Source: Octopus vulgaris
Lineage: Eukaryota
Direction of reading: 5' to 3'
DNA: 64,000 nucleotides
Assembly: GCA_951406725.2 (NCBI GenBank)
Contig: OX597818.1
Coordinates: 58,404,001 to 58,468,000, forward strand
The notes under the pieces: generated by a model
Databases searched by the model: none
Seen by the model: only the letters and a program-made list of their open reading frames with translations
Told to the model about the DNA's origin: nothing
In this document: piece by piece, positions 23,561-37,229 of the stretch
How the letters are laid out: each line of letters starts with the position of its first letter
Numbering within the stretch: the first letter of the stretch is position 1
Translations under genes and position numbers: made by a program

Positions 23561-23937
23561 TATAGAGTCACTTAAATATTCCGTAGGCGGTTTTGTAGCA
23601 ATGCTGCGGGTGATTCTTAAAACAATCTGTTCAAATTATCTTTCCTATATCACTGTCGCTACTAAGTCTATAAAAAAGACAATTCCTTTTTTTTTTTTTG
23701 TAAAGATAATTCAGTATCTGATTCGTGTATTAGAGATACTTATTGCAGTGAATTTTATCTCATTTGAATAATTTAAAACGGTTTTCTGTACATTTCTACG
23801 TAACACCTTCATGTAAATATCAAAAGCGTTCGCTTCGTTAACAGTTTCGGGATATGTGACTTTCTTATGGATGTTAGGAAAAACAAACGGAGCAAATGTG
23901 ACATTAATGTAGTCACGGTGCCGTAGTCACGTATTTC

Positions 23938-24371
23938 AGATCTTTTCGGTTTGGCCGGCAGTTTTTTAAAATAATTTCCACGTGACTAAACACTTTTAAA
24001 CTTCGTATTCTGGTAGAATGTGTTTATAAAACATCTTTATCTCTTGGCTTTATTGAGAAAATGTTATAGTTTGTAAGGTATTTGTTGTCTTTTTTCTTTA
24101 ATTTCTGCAATTTCAACCAAACATTGACGTCTATTGAGGTGAAAACATTCTGTGCCGTATGAATATGTCACTCGTTTAGGAAACAGATTGGGTTTATTTA
24201 CATATCTGAAGAAAAAATGATACCCTTCCCCCACCCCTAACCTTAACCCTAACTCTAACCCTAACCTTAAAACAGATTGAAATGCAATAGATCGATACTA
24301 GGGTCATAATTATGGGTGACGATTTCATATGACAACGCTAGAAAAAACTGCCGGTCAAACCGAAAAGATCC
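23938..24371. mobile_element. MITE with ~30-bp TIRs, 8-bp TSD and internal telomere-like (CCCTAA)n; Merlin-like or hAT
   Basis: TIRs agatcttttcggtttggccggcagtttttt / aaaaaactgccggtcaaaccgaaaagatcc. TSD CGTATTTC at 23930-23937 and 24372-24379. Confidence 0.88.
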
Positions 24372-24650
24372 CGTATTTCTACAATGTTATGAACCATCAG
24401 CTACAGGCATGTAATCTCTAATCCACAAACCATTAGCACTGCTGTTCGTAAATGTAAACAAGAACTAAATTCATTGGTTTTGCACACGTCGGAAATTGAT
24501 TACAGTTTAGATCTGTGGTCATACGTGTTTAAGACATGTATACTCTTGCAAATTTCTCGGGAGACAAATTATTCTTTTAGACACTGTATGCAGAATGATA
24601 CTTATATCACGAGGCATGAAGACGTTGAAACACCATTTCAAGACATAGTT

Positions 24651-24863
24651 CTCTTTTACTTTTTTACTTATTTCAGTCATTTGATTGCGGCCATGCTGGA
24701 GCACCACCTTTAGTCGAGCAAATCAACACCAGGACTTATTCTTTGCAAGCCTAGTACTGATTCTATCGGTCTCTTTTGCCGAACAGCTAAGTTAAGGGGA
24801 TGTAAACACACCAGCATCAGTTGTCAAGCGATGTTGGGCGGACAAACATATACACACACACAA

Positions 24864-24930
<67 letters not shown>

Positions 24931-25093
24931 TATAGATATATATATATATGACGGGCTTCTTTCAGTTTCCGCCTACCACATCCACTCACAAGGCTTTGGT
25001 CGACTCGAGGCTATAGTAAAAGACACTTGGGGCTGAACCCGGAACCATGTGATTGGCAAGCAAGCTACTTACCACACAGCCTCTCCTGCGCCT
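24651..25093 (-). mobile_element. SINE family B (small deletion near head)
   Basis: Match to family. Confidence 0.82.
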
Positions 25094-27383
25094 AGTTCGT
25101 TACAGATATAGTACATTCATAGTTCGATTTTTCTCACAGAGATTGTAATGAGAGCGAAAACACTTCAATCTTTGTGTAGACATAAACAGCGCACTAAATA
25201 TAAACATAAACAGACTTAATTTAATCAGCGAGCTTCACAAAGGTTTTCCCACGAAGCGATTATATTATTTGTTGTTAACATTAAAGACCTGCTGCTGTAA
25301 TTGAGCTTCAAAAGACGAATTCTGTTTGTCGTTGATGAAGCAGGAGTACATGCATTAAGAGTATGATAACTCCATTCATAGCTCAGCTCCAATTGTCTTC
25401 ACAGGCATTATCTATTAGGAGAAATTGTTGACTCAGGCAGTTGGTCGCAGCAAAAGATTCGCTCTGTTTCTGTATACAGGAACGTGTTTCGTATAAATGT
25501 ACACAGTTTTATTTTAATCATTACAGCGTAGGGTGTCTTTAATTGATTAGTTGAAATAAAATTTAGTTATTTTGTGCAAGTAATTTCGATTACATTATTT
25601 AAATAATGGCTATAAAACTTTATAAATTAGTTAATCTAATGTTACTATTAATCATGCTGTTCGTTTTAAATATTAGCATTTGTATTTATTTAATCGTCCT
25701 AATCATTTAGTTTTGTTAATTCGTTTTTCATGGAGATGAAGTGATAATGGTGAAAGATACGAAGATGATTAGATAATTGTTGGTGATGTTGATAATGATT
25801 ATGAAAAGGAGTATGGTGGGGGTGATAATGGGTTCCTACTGTTGGTGGTGGTGATGGGGTTCGCGATGATGATGACTGTGATGAGAAACAAGTATTGATA
25901 ATTAATAAAAACGAAATGAAGATAAAGTATGATATAATAATTTTGTGATGGACATTTGAATTTGCAAATATGAATGAATTTTTTCGATATTAAATTGCAT
26001 TTGTATTATAAATTTCATCACACTTATTTGATTAATAATTTGTCTTTGAATGTGAATGTAAGCGTGATCATTATTTAAAATGTTCATGGCGGATTTAACA
26101 AATTATTGCGTAAGTGGAATGTGAGAAGATAGCATTACGTGTGGTTTCGGTGATGTTTAATTTCCAAGGCGTTTTGTCTTACAAAAATGAGTCAATCGAT
26201 ATATGTCTTTTCAAAAATGTCACTAATATTATGTAATCTTTAATTTAAAATGCACACACGCACATTCAACTCACTTGGCAATATTGAAACTCACAGCTTA
26301 AAGAAAGATACGACCAAGAACGATGCAACACCAAAGAACAATCCGACCCAAAAGTGTGCGTTAAATAATTTAATGATTATAATCAAAATGAATTCCTACA
26401 TTAACAGTACGGTAAATAATTAGAAGGAAACTATTGTACATATAATTAATAAAGTAGAAATTGAACCCGTAGCACGAAGAGATGACATACATAGGCAGAT
26501 GGCACACGCAGGTTTCCCTAATCTATTCTTATCAGAAACTGCCTCTCTCTAGCACTAACAAATACAGGATTTCTTTCAGTTCGCCACATTTACCCGGTTG
26601 AAATTACTGCAGAATTACTGCGTCTCAGTATATGTAAGCCCCTGTTATTCTCAATAGACAAATATTGATTGACAAATCGCCACATTTGATTGACAATCGC
26701 CTCATTTACCCGGTGGAGATTGCTGCAGAATAGGTAAGCGTTCCAGTAACTGTAGGGCACTGCAATTCTCAATAGATAAACATTGATTGACAAATCAATA
26801 TTGACAGTATTGACAATCTATATTGATTGACGAAGCAAAACTTTTATTGCCCTAGTGGTAAACAGCTACGAGTATTTGATATGTTCTCAGATAGCTAGGT
26901 TTCAATGCAGATATTCGTTGTATCAAGAGCTGCAGACCAGTCATAATTAGAAGCTGTATGTATGCGATCCATCCAAACAGTCAAACAGTTATTACCGTCC
27001 CAAAGATAATTTTATATGTATTCATAAATTAAGTAGTTACAAAATATAACTTCAGAAAAACTGTACGTACATAGATAGAAATAGTCTCCCAGATACAAAC
27101 ATAGGTGCGTATAAAATTATGCTCAATCGTAAAACTATTGCATGGGAATATCACTTGAACAAAGTGCATATCTAGAATATACACCACTCAGTTACTGTCT
27201 TTGTGAAAGTAAATCTTAATAATATTGCCCGAAAATGTCATATCTCAGAATCTTGGAAGATTTCAAATAAAGAAGATACATGTTACAAACATATACAGTA
27301 TCACGGGAAGTCTTACACGAGGCATATTGAAAGCAGCTGGTAAAATATAGACTATTTATCACAATCAATTTTCTCATACATAC

Positions 27384-27439
<56 letters not shown>

Positions 27440-27478
27440 ATATCTGTGTGTGTCTGTGTGTCTGTGTGTCTGTGTGTG

Positions 27479-27528
<50 letters not shown>

Positions 27529-28436
27529 AAGACAGAGAGAGGATGTGTGAGAGAGAGATCAAATATGTCATAAATAACAGTAACAAACGAAATATACACT
27601 GCCGGAAGTTCTTGTTGAAAAACAACAGCAGTAATTCTATTCAGCTGAATACACGTCATTGATTGGTTGAAATTACCGAAATACGACGACATTAACAAGA
27701 AATAACTTCCAATTTTCTCAACAACGCTAAAAGTAAAATATGTTTTATATGACACATTCTACAAGTATACGAAGTTTGAAACTGTTTTAGTTACAAAAGA
27801 TTATTTTTTAAATCTGTCGGTCAAAAGGTAAGGATCCCTGGTCTTGTTTCAATATTTGAAAACATTATTATATAAACGATTCTAGTTTTAAAATGTTGAG
27901 TTACGGTGTTAACTGACTGCTATTTCTAGGAGAGCGAATTCTTCTTCTTTAGGTTGACACATCGGTTATATACGTCCAGTGGGTGACTCGCTAACGATTC
28001 TGCCTACTCACCGCCTTAATAGTGTATGTTATAATTCAGCATTTTATACACTGTATATAAAGTAAATAAATAAACATAATTAATAAAACCAAATGAGGTT
28101 AACAAAGCGGGATGTAATTTTGTGTTGAATATTTGAATTAGCACATGTGACTGAATTTTCTCGATATTTAATAGCAGTTGTACTGTGAATTTCAAAGTTA
28201 TTGAATGAATAATTTATCTTCGTATGTGCATGTAAGCGTAGTCATTATTTAAAATGTTTATGCACGATTTCACAATTCTTGCGCAAGCGGATACTGAGGA
28301 GATACAATTACGGATGATTTGCGAGTTGTTTAATGGTCAGGACATTTGCATTTACATGGAAAAAGTCCATTCGAAATATGACCGATCTTATTTAATCAGT
28401 AATTTAATTAAAAAATAATAATAAAACACTTCTGTA

Positions 28437-28838
28437 CCTCTCTTTACTCTTTATTCTTTTACTTGTTTCAGTCATTTGATTGCGGCCATGCTGGAGCACC
28501 GCCTTTAGTCGAGCAACTCGACCCCGGGACTTATTCTTTGTAAGCCCAGTACTTATTCTATCGGTCTCTTTTGCCGAACCGCTAAGTGACGGCGACGTAA
28601 ACACACCAGCATCGGTTGTCAAGCAATGCTAGGGGGAACAAACATACACGCACATACATATATATCCATATATACGACGGGCTTCTTTCAGTTTCCGTCT
28701 ACCAAATCCACTCACAAGGCTTTGGTCGACCCGAGGCTATAGTAGAAGGCACTTGCCCAAGGTGCCACGCAGTGGGACTGAACCCGGAACCATGTGGTAG
28801 GTAAACAAGCTACTTACCACACAGCCACTCCTGCGCCT
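28437..28838 (-). mobile_element. SINE family B
   Basis: Full-length match. Confidence 0.85.
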
Positions 28839-28946
28839 AGTAAATTAATGAACTACTTATACAATATATTTTGTAGTCATCGTAGAACGATTGTGGATAA
28901 ATAGCAAAAGTAAGTATGTGTGGGAATGATGGAAAGATTGCTTCTA

Positions 28947-29297
28947 GAATATTGTAGAGCGATACTAGACAGTGAGTATTTATATGAAAGGTTAAAGGAC
29001 TGGGGAAAGGTAGAAATGCCAGATAGATGGGGTGAAGAAATGGAAGTTGTATTGTCGGAAGAGCAAGTGAAAGAACTTAAAAATGAACTTGGTGATGTTT
29101 ACGTGCAGATTAGGGGAAGATTAGTACAGAAAAAGAGAGATGAACTCCGGAAAATATACAGGTTGGATTTCGGGGATTTTGTGGGTTTTGCAGTGAAATA
29201 GGAAAAAGCACAAGTTAAATTTTTTTTTTAATGTTTTGTGTCCCCAATGTGTTGTAATGTCCCCTTTGTGTAAAACCGTATGGTGAATAAAGAAATT
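28947..29297 (+). mobile_element. 5'-truncated retroposed insertion with 15-bp TSD and an open frame of unknown product
   Basis: TSD GAAAGATTGCTTCTA at 28932-28946 and 29298-29312. Frame is open from the 5' junction to TAG at 29199-29201. Ends with gtgaataaagaaatt. Confidence 0.8.
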
Positions 29298-30899
29298 GAA
29301 AGATTGCTTCTAAACCGAAACTGGTTCTGACTGCACGAAATATGTCTCTCTACTTAAATGTCTCTCAACTAAATTTGGTTGGTGATTATCCCGAAGCCAA
29401 CGGTCATCGAATCTTATAAATATTAGCAAATTTGTTGTTAAAGCCGTTGTTTTTGAGAGTCATGTGAGTGATTTCATCATGAAATCACATGATCATCGCT
29501 CTTTCTCTTGTAACCTCACTTTGTATTACTAGGATAATATTAACCTCTCTACAATATGTTGGGTTACGTGAGAATCGATTAATATTTGAAGTCTTTTGCT
29601 TGGCCTTGTAGACAGGTACGTAATGATTTTACATTCCTTTTTTGTGATATCGACGTGGGTTAATATAAACCTAAAGTGTTTCGTTTCACCCAAATACACT
29701 CTACGACTGAAAAAGCCTGCCACACTTTCCACGGTTATTGATTTAGATATAGGGGAGTTACTGAGACAGTAATGGGGTCTCCATATAGCTAATGTAATTG
29801 CTTTTCTTTCTGTTAGTTACGATTAAAGTTCCTCTATCAAACTGTAAAATGTAGGATAAATCCCCGCACCAGTATCCTTTTTTATTCTCTATCATTAATG
29901 TTCAATTTGCTTTTGGAAATTTAACACATTTCGTGGCATTAATAAACGATTGTAAATGTCGTTTAACCGTAGCACACATTAACTAATATCAAGTATCGTT
30001 CCAGTGAAGAAAAATGAAGTATATTAAATGGCTCTGAATGGAACAACTTTGACAATAATTTTGCTCAAATCCGTCTTGAACTGAAGAAGAACAGCAACAA
30101 CAACGGTAAATCGACAATTTTCCGTAGAAATACAAATATACCTTGATTCTGTATCATTTTCTAAAAGTGCACGACATACTATGACAAGCGTATGTTATCC
30201 GGGTAATTTGCGAGACACCAACAAATAATTTTGGTGCCACAGGCAACATCTTATATGGTTGTAATAATACCGCTGGAAACCCGATGTATTTTTCCTTTCT
30301 TCCTTATTTTGTTAAAGTATACACAATATGAAACAAAAAATATAATAACATGGATTATGTGTGCAATTGAGCATCGTTGTCTATTTTTATGACCATTTCT
30401 AGTTTTGAATTATATCTTAGATTTGTAAAGAAATTGTTGGCAATATGTGTCTGTATAGTCGGTAGGTAGTTAAATACTAAATGAAAACTATTTTCATAGA
30501 CATTCGTAATTGATAGACGCCGATAAAATAAAACATTATATAATTGTACTTTACTAGGAGTGCAGGAAGATTAGTAGGTGAGAATTTTCGTATCACCCGA
30601 CAAACAGTAAACGAATTATGATTTCTGTTTTTTTTTTTTATATTGAGAGACATAAACAAAAGTATCACTAAATTATGTATTTTGTGTCAGGAATATTGCA
30701 AGCTATGATGATTTAAATGTTCTTATCAGCCGCAGATATAGAGATTGATCGATTTATAAACCGAGATAAGATTTTACTTTCAAATATAATCACGTTACAT
30801 TTCATGACAAATAGTATCGGTATATTCAGGGTAGGGGATCTGGCTAAATTTGACAATTTTTTTATGTCCCCTTCTTCGGGAAGGGTATGATGTTTTGAT

Positions 30900-31990
30900 A
30901 ACCACTACACACTGTTGCAGTGCATGAAGGTGAGAGATGTAGCTGAAGGAAAGGTTGGCAGACATGGAGGACTGGGAATTACCTGATCATTGGAGAAATG
31001 TGTTACCTGTGCCAGGAATATATTGACATCATGAAGGTATTTCAATACTGTGTGAACAGTGTGAACTCTGTAAGGGCTGTAAGATGTGCCTTGGACAACT
31101 GCAATGGAGTTCACGATTTTGTGGCCTAAAAGAAGAGTCGCGGCAATTGTTCTGTCGGCTACCACATGCCTCTATACATCCAACAACTACAGGACAAGTT
31201 GATGGGAAATCCGAGCAAGTGGATCTTGGTTTTAGCGAGAGAAACTGATGTTGGAGTCGCAATCCTGATACTGTCTTTCAATGAGAATCTACGCTACCAC
31301 GGGTTCAAGTGCTGCAAGAGACTATTTCTGAAGGATAAGATTAAAGGGAGATGCTTGACAAACTACAGAAGCTCATGGACAAGCTGAGGCATGTGTTAGA
31401 GCAGGGGGTTACTTGGGTCCTTTTAAATGAAAAGAAGTTCTTATAGGGCCAGGTGCACAACACCCTGAACAACAGATGGATTGCTTACATGGATTGTAAT
31501 CCATTGATACGTCTATATTAATCCAAAACAAAAAAAAAAAATTCGCCGAAACAGTGGTGGTCATTGCCGGATGTCTCTAGTAACGATGGCGTCATACCAC
31601 ACCGAATTTTCGAACAGGGCTATGTGAAAAAGCTGAAGATTGGTCAAATATTCACTGGAGACGGTAGCACCAGGATTCAGATCTTTGTCATATCTCAGGA
31701 AAGAGTAAGAAATGCTTGTCGGAATTTCTAAGACATCAACAGCCCCAGTAATCTTACAGGTTACGATATGTATGGCACCGCTTAGAAATACATAATTCGT
31801 TCTGTCTGTAACACAGTGGTCGTGCCGGTGGCTACAATCGAGGGAGTTTCCAAAGATCTTCTCAGGGAAATTGTGATGAATGTATGCATGCGTCACGGAC
31901 GCGTGCTGTGTCCGTGATAGAAGTTGAGGGTAGCTATGTGGAGTAAGCGGCTGTCCGTTAAACATAATCCAATTGACATGTTTTGTATTT
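30900..31990 (-). pseudogene. Possible highly degraded L1/Tx1-type ORF1 remnant
   Basis: GC-richer island. Minus-strand peptides [30 protein letters not shown] and KIHLLGFPIN loosely resemble RRM-type ORF1. Weak. Confidence 0.3.
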
Positions 31991-32045
31991 CTGAAAAAAA
32001 GTTTTAATTTTAAAATGTGACATTGCAAACTCTCGAATTTAGCTC

Positions 32046-32244
<199 letters not shown>

Positions 32245-32269
32245 TATACATATATGTGTGTGTGTGTGT

Positions 32270-32627
32270 GTGGAGGCCGAGCGGGCTTGCGGTCATACGA
32301 TTGCAGTTTCGATTCCCCGACTCGGCTTTGTGCGTGTTTATTGATCGAAAACACCTGAAGCTCCACGAAGCGCCACAAAGCTCTGTTAGGGGATGGTGGC
32401 GAGCCATTCTTTCACCACAACTTTCTTTTATTCTTCCTTCCGCTTTCTGTATTTCAAAGGGCCACAATTGCCACATTCTGTGTCACGCTGAATCGCCCCG
32501 AGAACTACGTTAAGGGTACATGTGTCTGTGGAGTGCTCAACCAACTTGCACATTAATTTGACGACCAAGCTGCTTATTTGATCGGATCGACTGGAATCCT
32601 CAACGTCGTAACCGGCAGAGTGCCACG
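32270..32627 (+). mobile_element. Diverged SINE family A
   Basis: aaaacacctgaagctccacga...gagaactacgttaagggtaca...gtcgtaaccggcagagtgc. Confidence 0.8.
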
Positions 32628-32649
32628 ATATATATATATATATATATAT

Positions 32650-32987
32650 ATACATTCATCTATCCACACACAAATGCAGACACACACATACATACACACA
32701 CACACACATATATATATATGTATATATATACATTCATCCATCCATCCACACACAAATGCAGACGCACACATTCACACACACACACACACACAGATATATA
32801 TATGTATATATATATATACATACATTCATCCACACACAAATGCAAACACACACACACATACACACACACAGATATATATACATTCATCCATCCACACACA
32901 AATGCAGACACACACATTCATACACACACACACAGATATATATATATGTATGTATATATACATACATTCATCCACACACAAATGCAG

Positions 32988-33033
<46 letters not shown>

Positions 33034-33091
33034 GTATATACATACGTTCATCCACACAAATGCCGACACACACACGCACACACACATATAC

Positions 33092-33150
<59 letters not shown>
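32650..33150 (+). repeat. Minisatellite (~7 units of cattcatccacacacaaatgcagacacacac + microsatellite spacer)
   Basis: Core repeated at roughly 32653, 32731, 32823, 32881, 32964 and 33045. Confidence 0.85.
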
Positions 33151-33158
<8 letters not shown>

Positions 33159-33866
33159 TCTGTATGTATGTATATGTATAGAAGCTATTGCCATCTCAAC
33201 ATGCGTGTTTATGTAAGGCGATTGGAATCTACATGACGACAGAAACATCGAGGTCCGGATAGAAATACAGAGACGTGAATGGAATTAATGTTAAAATGAT
33301 ATTTTACCACAGGTTTTTGTTCCTAACAGCTGCTTGTGAAATGCAGGAACCTCGCTAGGTGAATTATAATAGCTCTGTTTTCGCTAGGAAAAGTGTTAAG
33401 TAGCTGTACAAGACTCAAATACGACAAGCAAACAAAGAAAATATATTTTCAGGTTATTATTTACTGTTAGTGCAGCGGCTTGACGAGATAGTTGGCTTTG
33501 TTCTGGTGTCATGCTTCCTTACAAATACGATAAGCTCATTGGAAAAGCTCTTGGTTTACAGCTAATTAGACAAATCAGTTGAGATGACAACTAAGCATAT
33601 AATACAGGTTTGTCATTACACGTGAATCATTCACTGCGTGGCTTTAATATCTTGGCCCTGTGCAGCTGAAGAAACATATTACGATTAAGCTTATACAGCG
33701 GTTGTCTTTTTTGGGGCGGCGAATAGATATTGTTCATGTAGTGCTTAACAGAAGCTAACCCAACCCAAATTCTAACATGTAGCATACCATGAACAGCCAC
33801 TTACAGGAAATGACAACGTATCATTTCAATTTTCAACTATGATTCATAAACATCTGTGTCTGTGTG

Positions 33867-33911
<45 letters not shown>

Positions 33912-33912
33912 T

Positions 33913-34376
33913 TCTCTTTCTCTTTTACTTGTTTCAGTCATTTGACTGCGGCCATGCTGGAGCACCGCCTTTAGTAAAGCAAATCGACTTTCTAAGCCCA
34001 GTACTTATTCTATCGGTCCCTTTTGCCCAACCGCTAAGTTACGGGGACGTAAATACACCAGCATTGGTTGTCAAGCGATGTTGGGGTGGGGTGCAAAAAC
34101 AGACACACAAAGATATACACACACATACCTATATATATATATATATACATACATACGACGGGCTTCTTTCAGTTTCCGTCTACCAAATCCACTCACAAGG
34201 CTTTGGTCGGCCCGAGGCTATACTAGAAGACATTCGCCCAAGATGCCACGCAGTGGGACTGAACCCGGAACCATGTGGTTCGTATATATATATATATACA
34301 TATATAGTCGCAGGAGTGGCTGTGTGTGGTAAGTAGCTTGCTTACCAACCACATGGTTCCGGGTTCAGTCGGAACC
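33913..34376 (-). mobile_element. SINE family B with inverted head segment (34308-34370 on +)
   Basis: Body on minus strand up to 34280. The head gcaggagtggctgtgtgtggtaagtagc...gggttcagtc is on the plus strand. Confidence 0.8.
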
Positions 34377-34485
34377 ATATATATATATATATATAAAGAT
34401 ATTGTCAACAGCAACATCAGCAGCAGCTTAGCATTTCAGCATGCCGGTGTTTCCTCTAGTACCATTCATTATACATACATATATA

Positions 34486-35340
34486 CAGGGGTTGGACAAA
34501 ATAATACAAACACCTTAAAATTTCAAACGAATCTATTTTAATATGGGGTAGGACAGCCTTTGGCAGAAATTACAGCTTCAATTCTACGACATATGGACTC
34601 GTATAAGGTTTGAATGTTTGTCCATTCTTCAGTTAAATCGGTCTCCCGTTCTTGTAGTGATGATGGTGGAGGGATCGAATCCTGACTTGTTTTTCTAAAC
34701 GCATCATAAATGCTTAATAATATTGAGACCCGGGAAATGTAGTGTCCAGATGAGATGTTTAACTTCACTAGAATGTTCCTCGTGTCATTCAGTAGCAACT
34801 TTAGCTGTGTGAATTGGTGCATTACCATTCTGGAAAATTGAGCTTCCCTCCGGAAACAGTTACGCAACCATAGGATGAATTTGATCAGATAAAATGCTTA
34901 AATGGTCTTGGTTATTAATTCTGCCATGACGGGAAACCATTGGGCCGGCAGGTTTCCAAGATATATCCCTGCAGATCCTCCTCCATGTTTAACACACACA
35001 CACATATATATAGCCGAGTCACTCCCCACCAAGGACAAATTTCTTAATATATTGGAGAGGGGTTAACTAACCGAGGAAGGTAATTGTCCTAAGGCGTAGT
35101 TGTCGTTGGGGGGAATTATCCTATGGAAGCGGGTAACTGTCCTAGCGGGGTAATTGCCCTGATGATTATTTTGGCTGTCTCTACACGTATACCCGGCTGG
35201 TGGTCGGAAATAATGTAAATATGACTCGTCCGAGAAAATAATATTTTTCCACTGTTCTAGGGAAAATTCTGTAGGTTTGCAACGTTTGGTTTTGAAAGTA
35301 GTGGTTTTCTGATTGCAGCCCTCCCGTGAAATCCGGCTTT
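34486..35340 (-). pseudogene. Tc1-family transposase remnant with one terminal repeat
   Basis: TA|CAGGGGTTGGACAAAATAAT end. Peptides QWKNIIFSDES, FQNGNAPIHTAK and QTLYESICRRIEAVISAKGCPTPY* (DD34E Tc1 motifs). Interrupted at ~34995-35165. Confidence 0.85.
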
Positions 35341-35686
35341 GTACAGCTCGCGCTATGTTGACCATATTTAAGAACAGAAAACTAACTTTCCAAGAACAGG
35401 TATCTTAAATAGATGAAAATGATTTCTTGGTTTCTAGTTCTGAGACTTCTCTGAATCCATCTGGACAGTCATCTACGTATCGTTGCTGTCTTAGCCATAT
35501 GTGCATGAAAAGATGTATCATTTTTCATATCTATACTCCTGTTATAGAGTAATTCTAATCGTGGAAAGGAAGTCCCATATATTCCAGTGTATCTTGATTA
35601 CAGTACATTTATTTCACTGTGTAATTACGTGTGTCTTTGTGTGTGAATGTGTGCGCCAGTGTAGTAACTCTGACGTTTATATTCGA

Positions 35687-36053
35687 CTAGCAGTTTCGCC
35701 CGGCGTTGCTCGGGTTTGTAAGGGAAATAACTATAAAGCATTTTTAGTGAGTTATAGCCAAAAAATAGCAAAAAAATGATGGTAAATTTTTTTTGAGAGT
35801 TAAAAAGGTCGAGTTGCGTCCCCTAGACAGTCTGTGGTTTGTGTTTCTGATTCTCGACCCCATGTCGAATTTATCGATTTTTTCAGAACTGGGGGAACAA
35901 AATTTTCGCTGCGTTAGTTTTGAATTATGACATTGGGCTATGTGTGTGTCAAGTTTCATCCGAATCGGTTGAAAGCCGTGGTCAGGGTGAGGGTACAAGC
36001 TAACAGACACACAGACACACACACAGACAAACTGCCGTTTATATATAGAGAGA
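35687..36053 (-). mobile_element. Non-autonomous Helitron
   Basis: Minus strand reads A|TCTCTCTATATATAAACGG ... hairpin CCCGAGCAACGCCGGG, 8 nt, then CTAG|T. No TSD, AT target. Confidence 0.8.
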
Positions 36054-36289
36054 TGAGAAGTTCTTCTTTTCCATACTCAAGTTTAATATAAAGATATTGT
36101 TTGCTTTATGCCCGGTGGTTTAGCGCTGATTACGCCTACGCTCTCTCACGCATATACCCATGCACAATAACGTCCATACATAAATTGTATACAACCATGC
36201 ATGCATAGATAAATTAATACGTACACATACACACATGTATAAAACTACAAATGATGATTTAACATGTCCTAATATATTGGAGAGAGGTT

Positions 36290-36707
36290 GGATCTTTTCG
36301 GTTTGAACGGCAGTTTTTAACTTAATTTCTAGGTAACTAAGACATTTTAAACTTCGTGTACTGGTAGAATGTGTTTATAAAACATCTTTTTCTCTTGGCT
36401 TTATTGAGAAAATTCTATAGTTTGTAAGATATTTGTTGCTGTTTTTCTTCCATTTCTGCAATTTCAATCAATCAGTGATGTCTATTGAGTTAAAAAGCTT
36501 TCCGTGCCGTATGAATATGTCCCTCGTTTAAGAAACAGATTGGGTTTATTTGCATTTGTGAAGAAGAAAAAATACCCTTTCCCCCACCCCTACCCCTAAC
36601 CCTAAAACAAATTGAAATGCAATAGATCGATTCTAGGGTCATAATTATGGGTGACAATTTCATATGACACCGCTAGAAAAAAACTGCTGTTCAAACCGAA
36701 ATGATCC
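36290..36707. mobile_element. Second copy of the 8-bp-TSD telomere-repeat MITE
   Basis: TIRs ggatcttttcggtttgaacggcagttttt / aaaaaactgctgttcaaaccgaaatgatcc. TSD GAGAGGTT (36282-36289) / GAGAGGTC (36708-36715). Confidence 0.88.
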
Positions 36708-36909
36708 GAGAGGTCAACTAATCGGGGATGGGAATTGTCCTAGAGGTTAGTTGTCGTCGGGGAAAATTATCCTATGGAGGCGGGTAACTGTCCTAGCGGG
36801 GTAATTTGCCTGATACAATATAACTATGCACGCTTCGTTATACATTCACGGGTTCTAATACACCTACAGCTATACATAAATTAGTAATATATACAACTAT
36901 GCATGCTCT

Positions 36910-37180
36910 AGTTCTATATTTAAGAGATGAGGTATTATTTACATTATTTACATTGTTGAGGGATATTTGTCCTCATCTTGTTTATTGTTAATATAACGTT
37001 TCGGCTGATATACCCTCCAGCCTTCCTCAGGTGTCTTGGGAAAATTTCGAACCTGGGTTCTCATTCCTAAGGTATTTGTCGATGTTATTATTCTAGGTAC
37101 TGCCTGGAATCGAACTCGGCGTAGTGGTTAAGATCGCGGGCTACTAACCCCAAGATTCCCAGATCGATTCCAAGCAGTGA

Positions 37181-37229
<49 letters not shown>

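Noticed and set aside
24234-24270. Telomere or chromosome-fusion site
   Set aside because: Only a few degenerate units, internal to a MITE.
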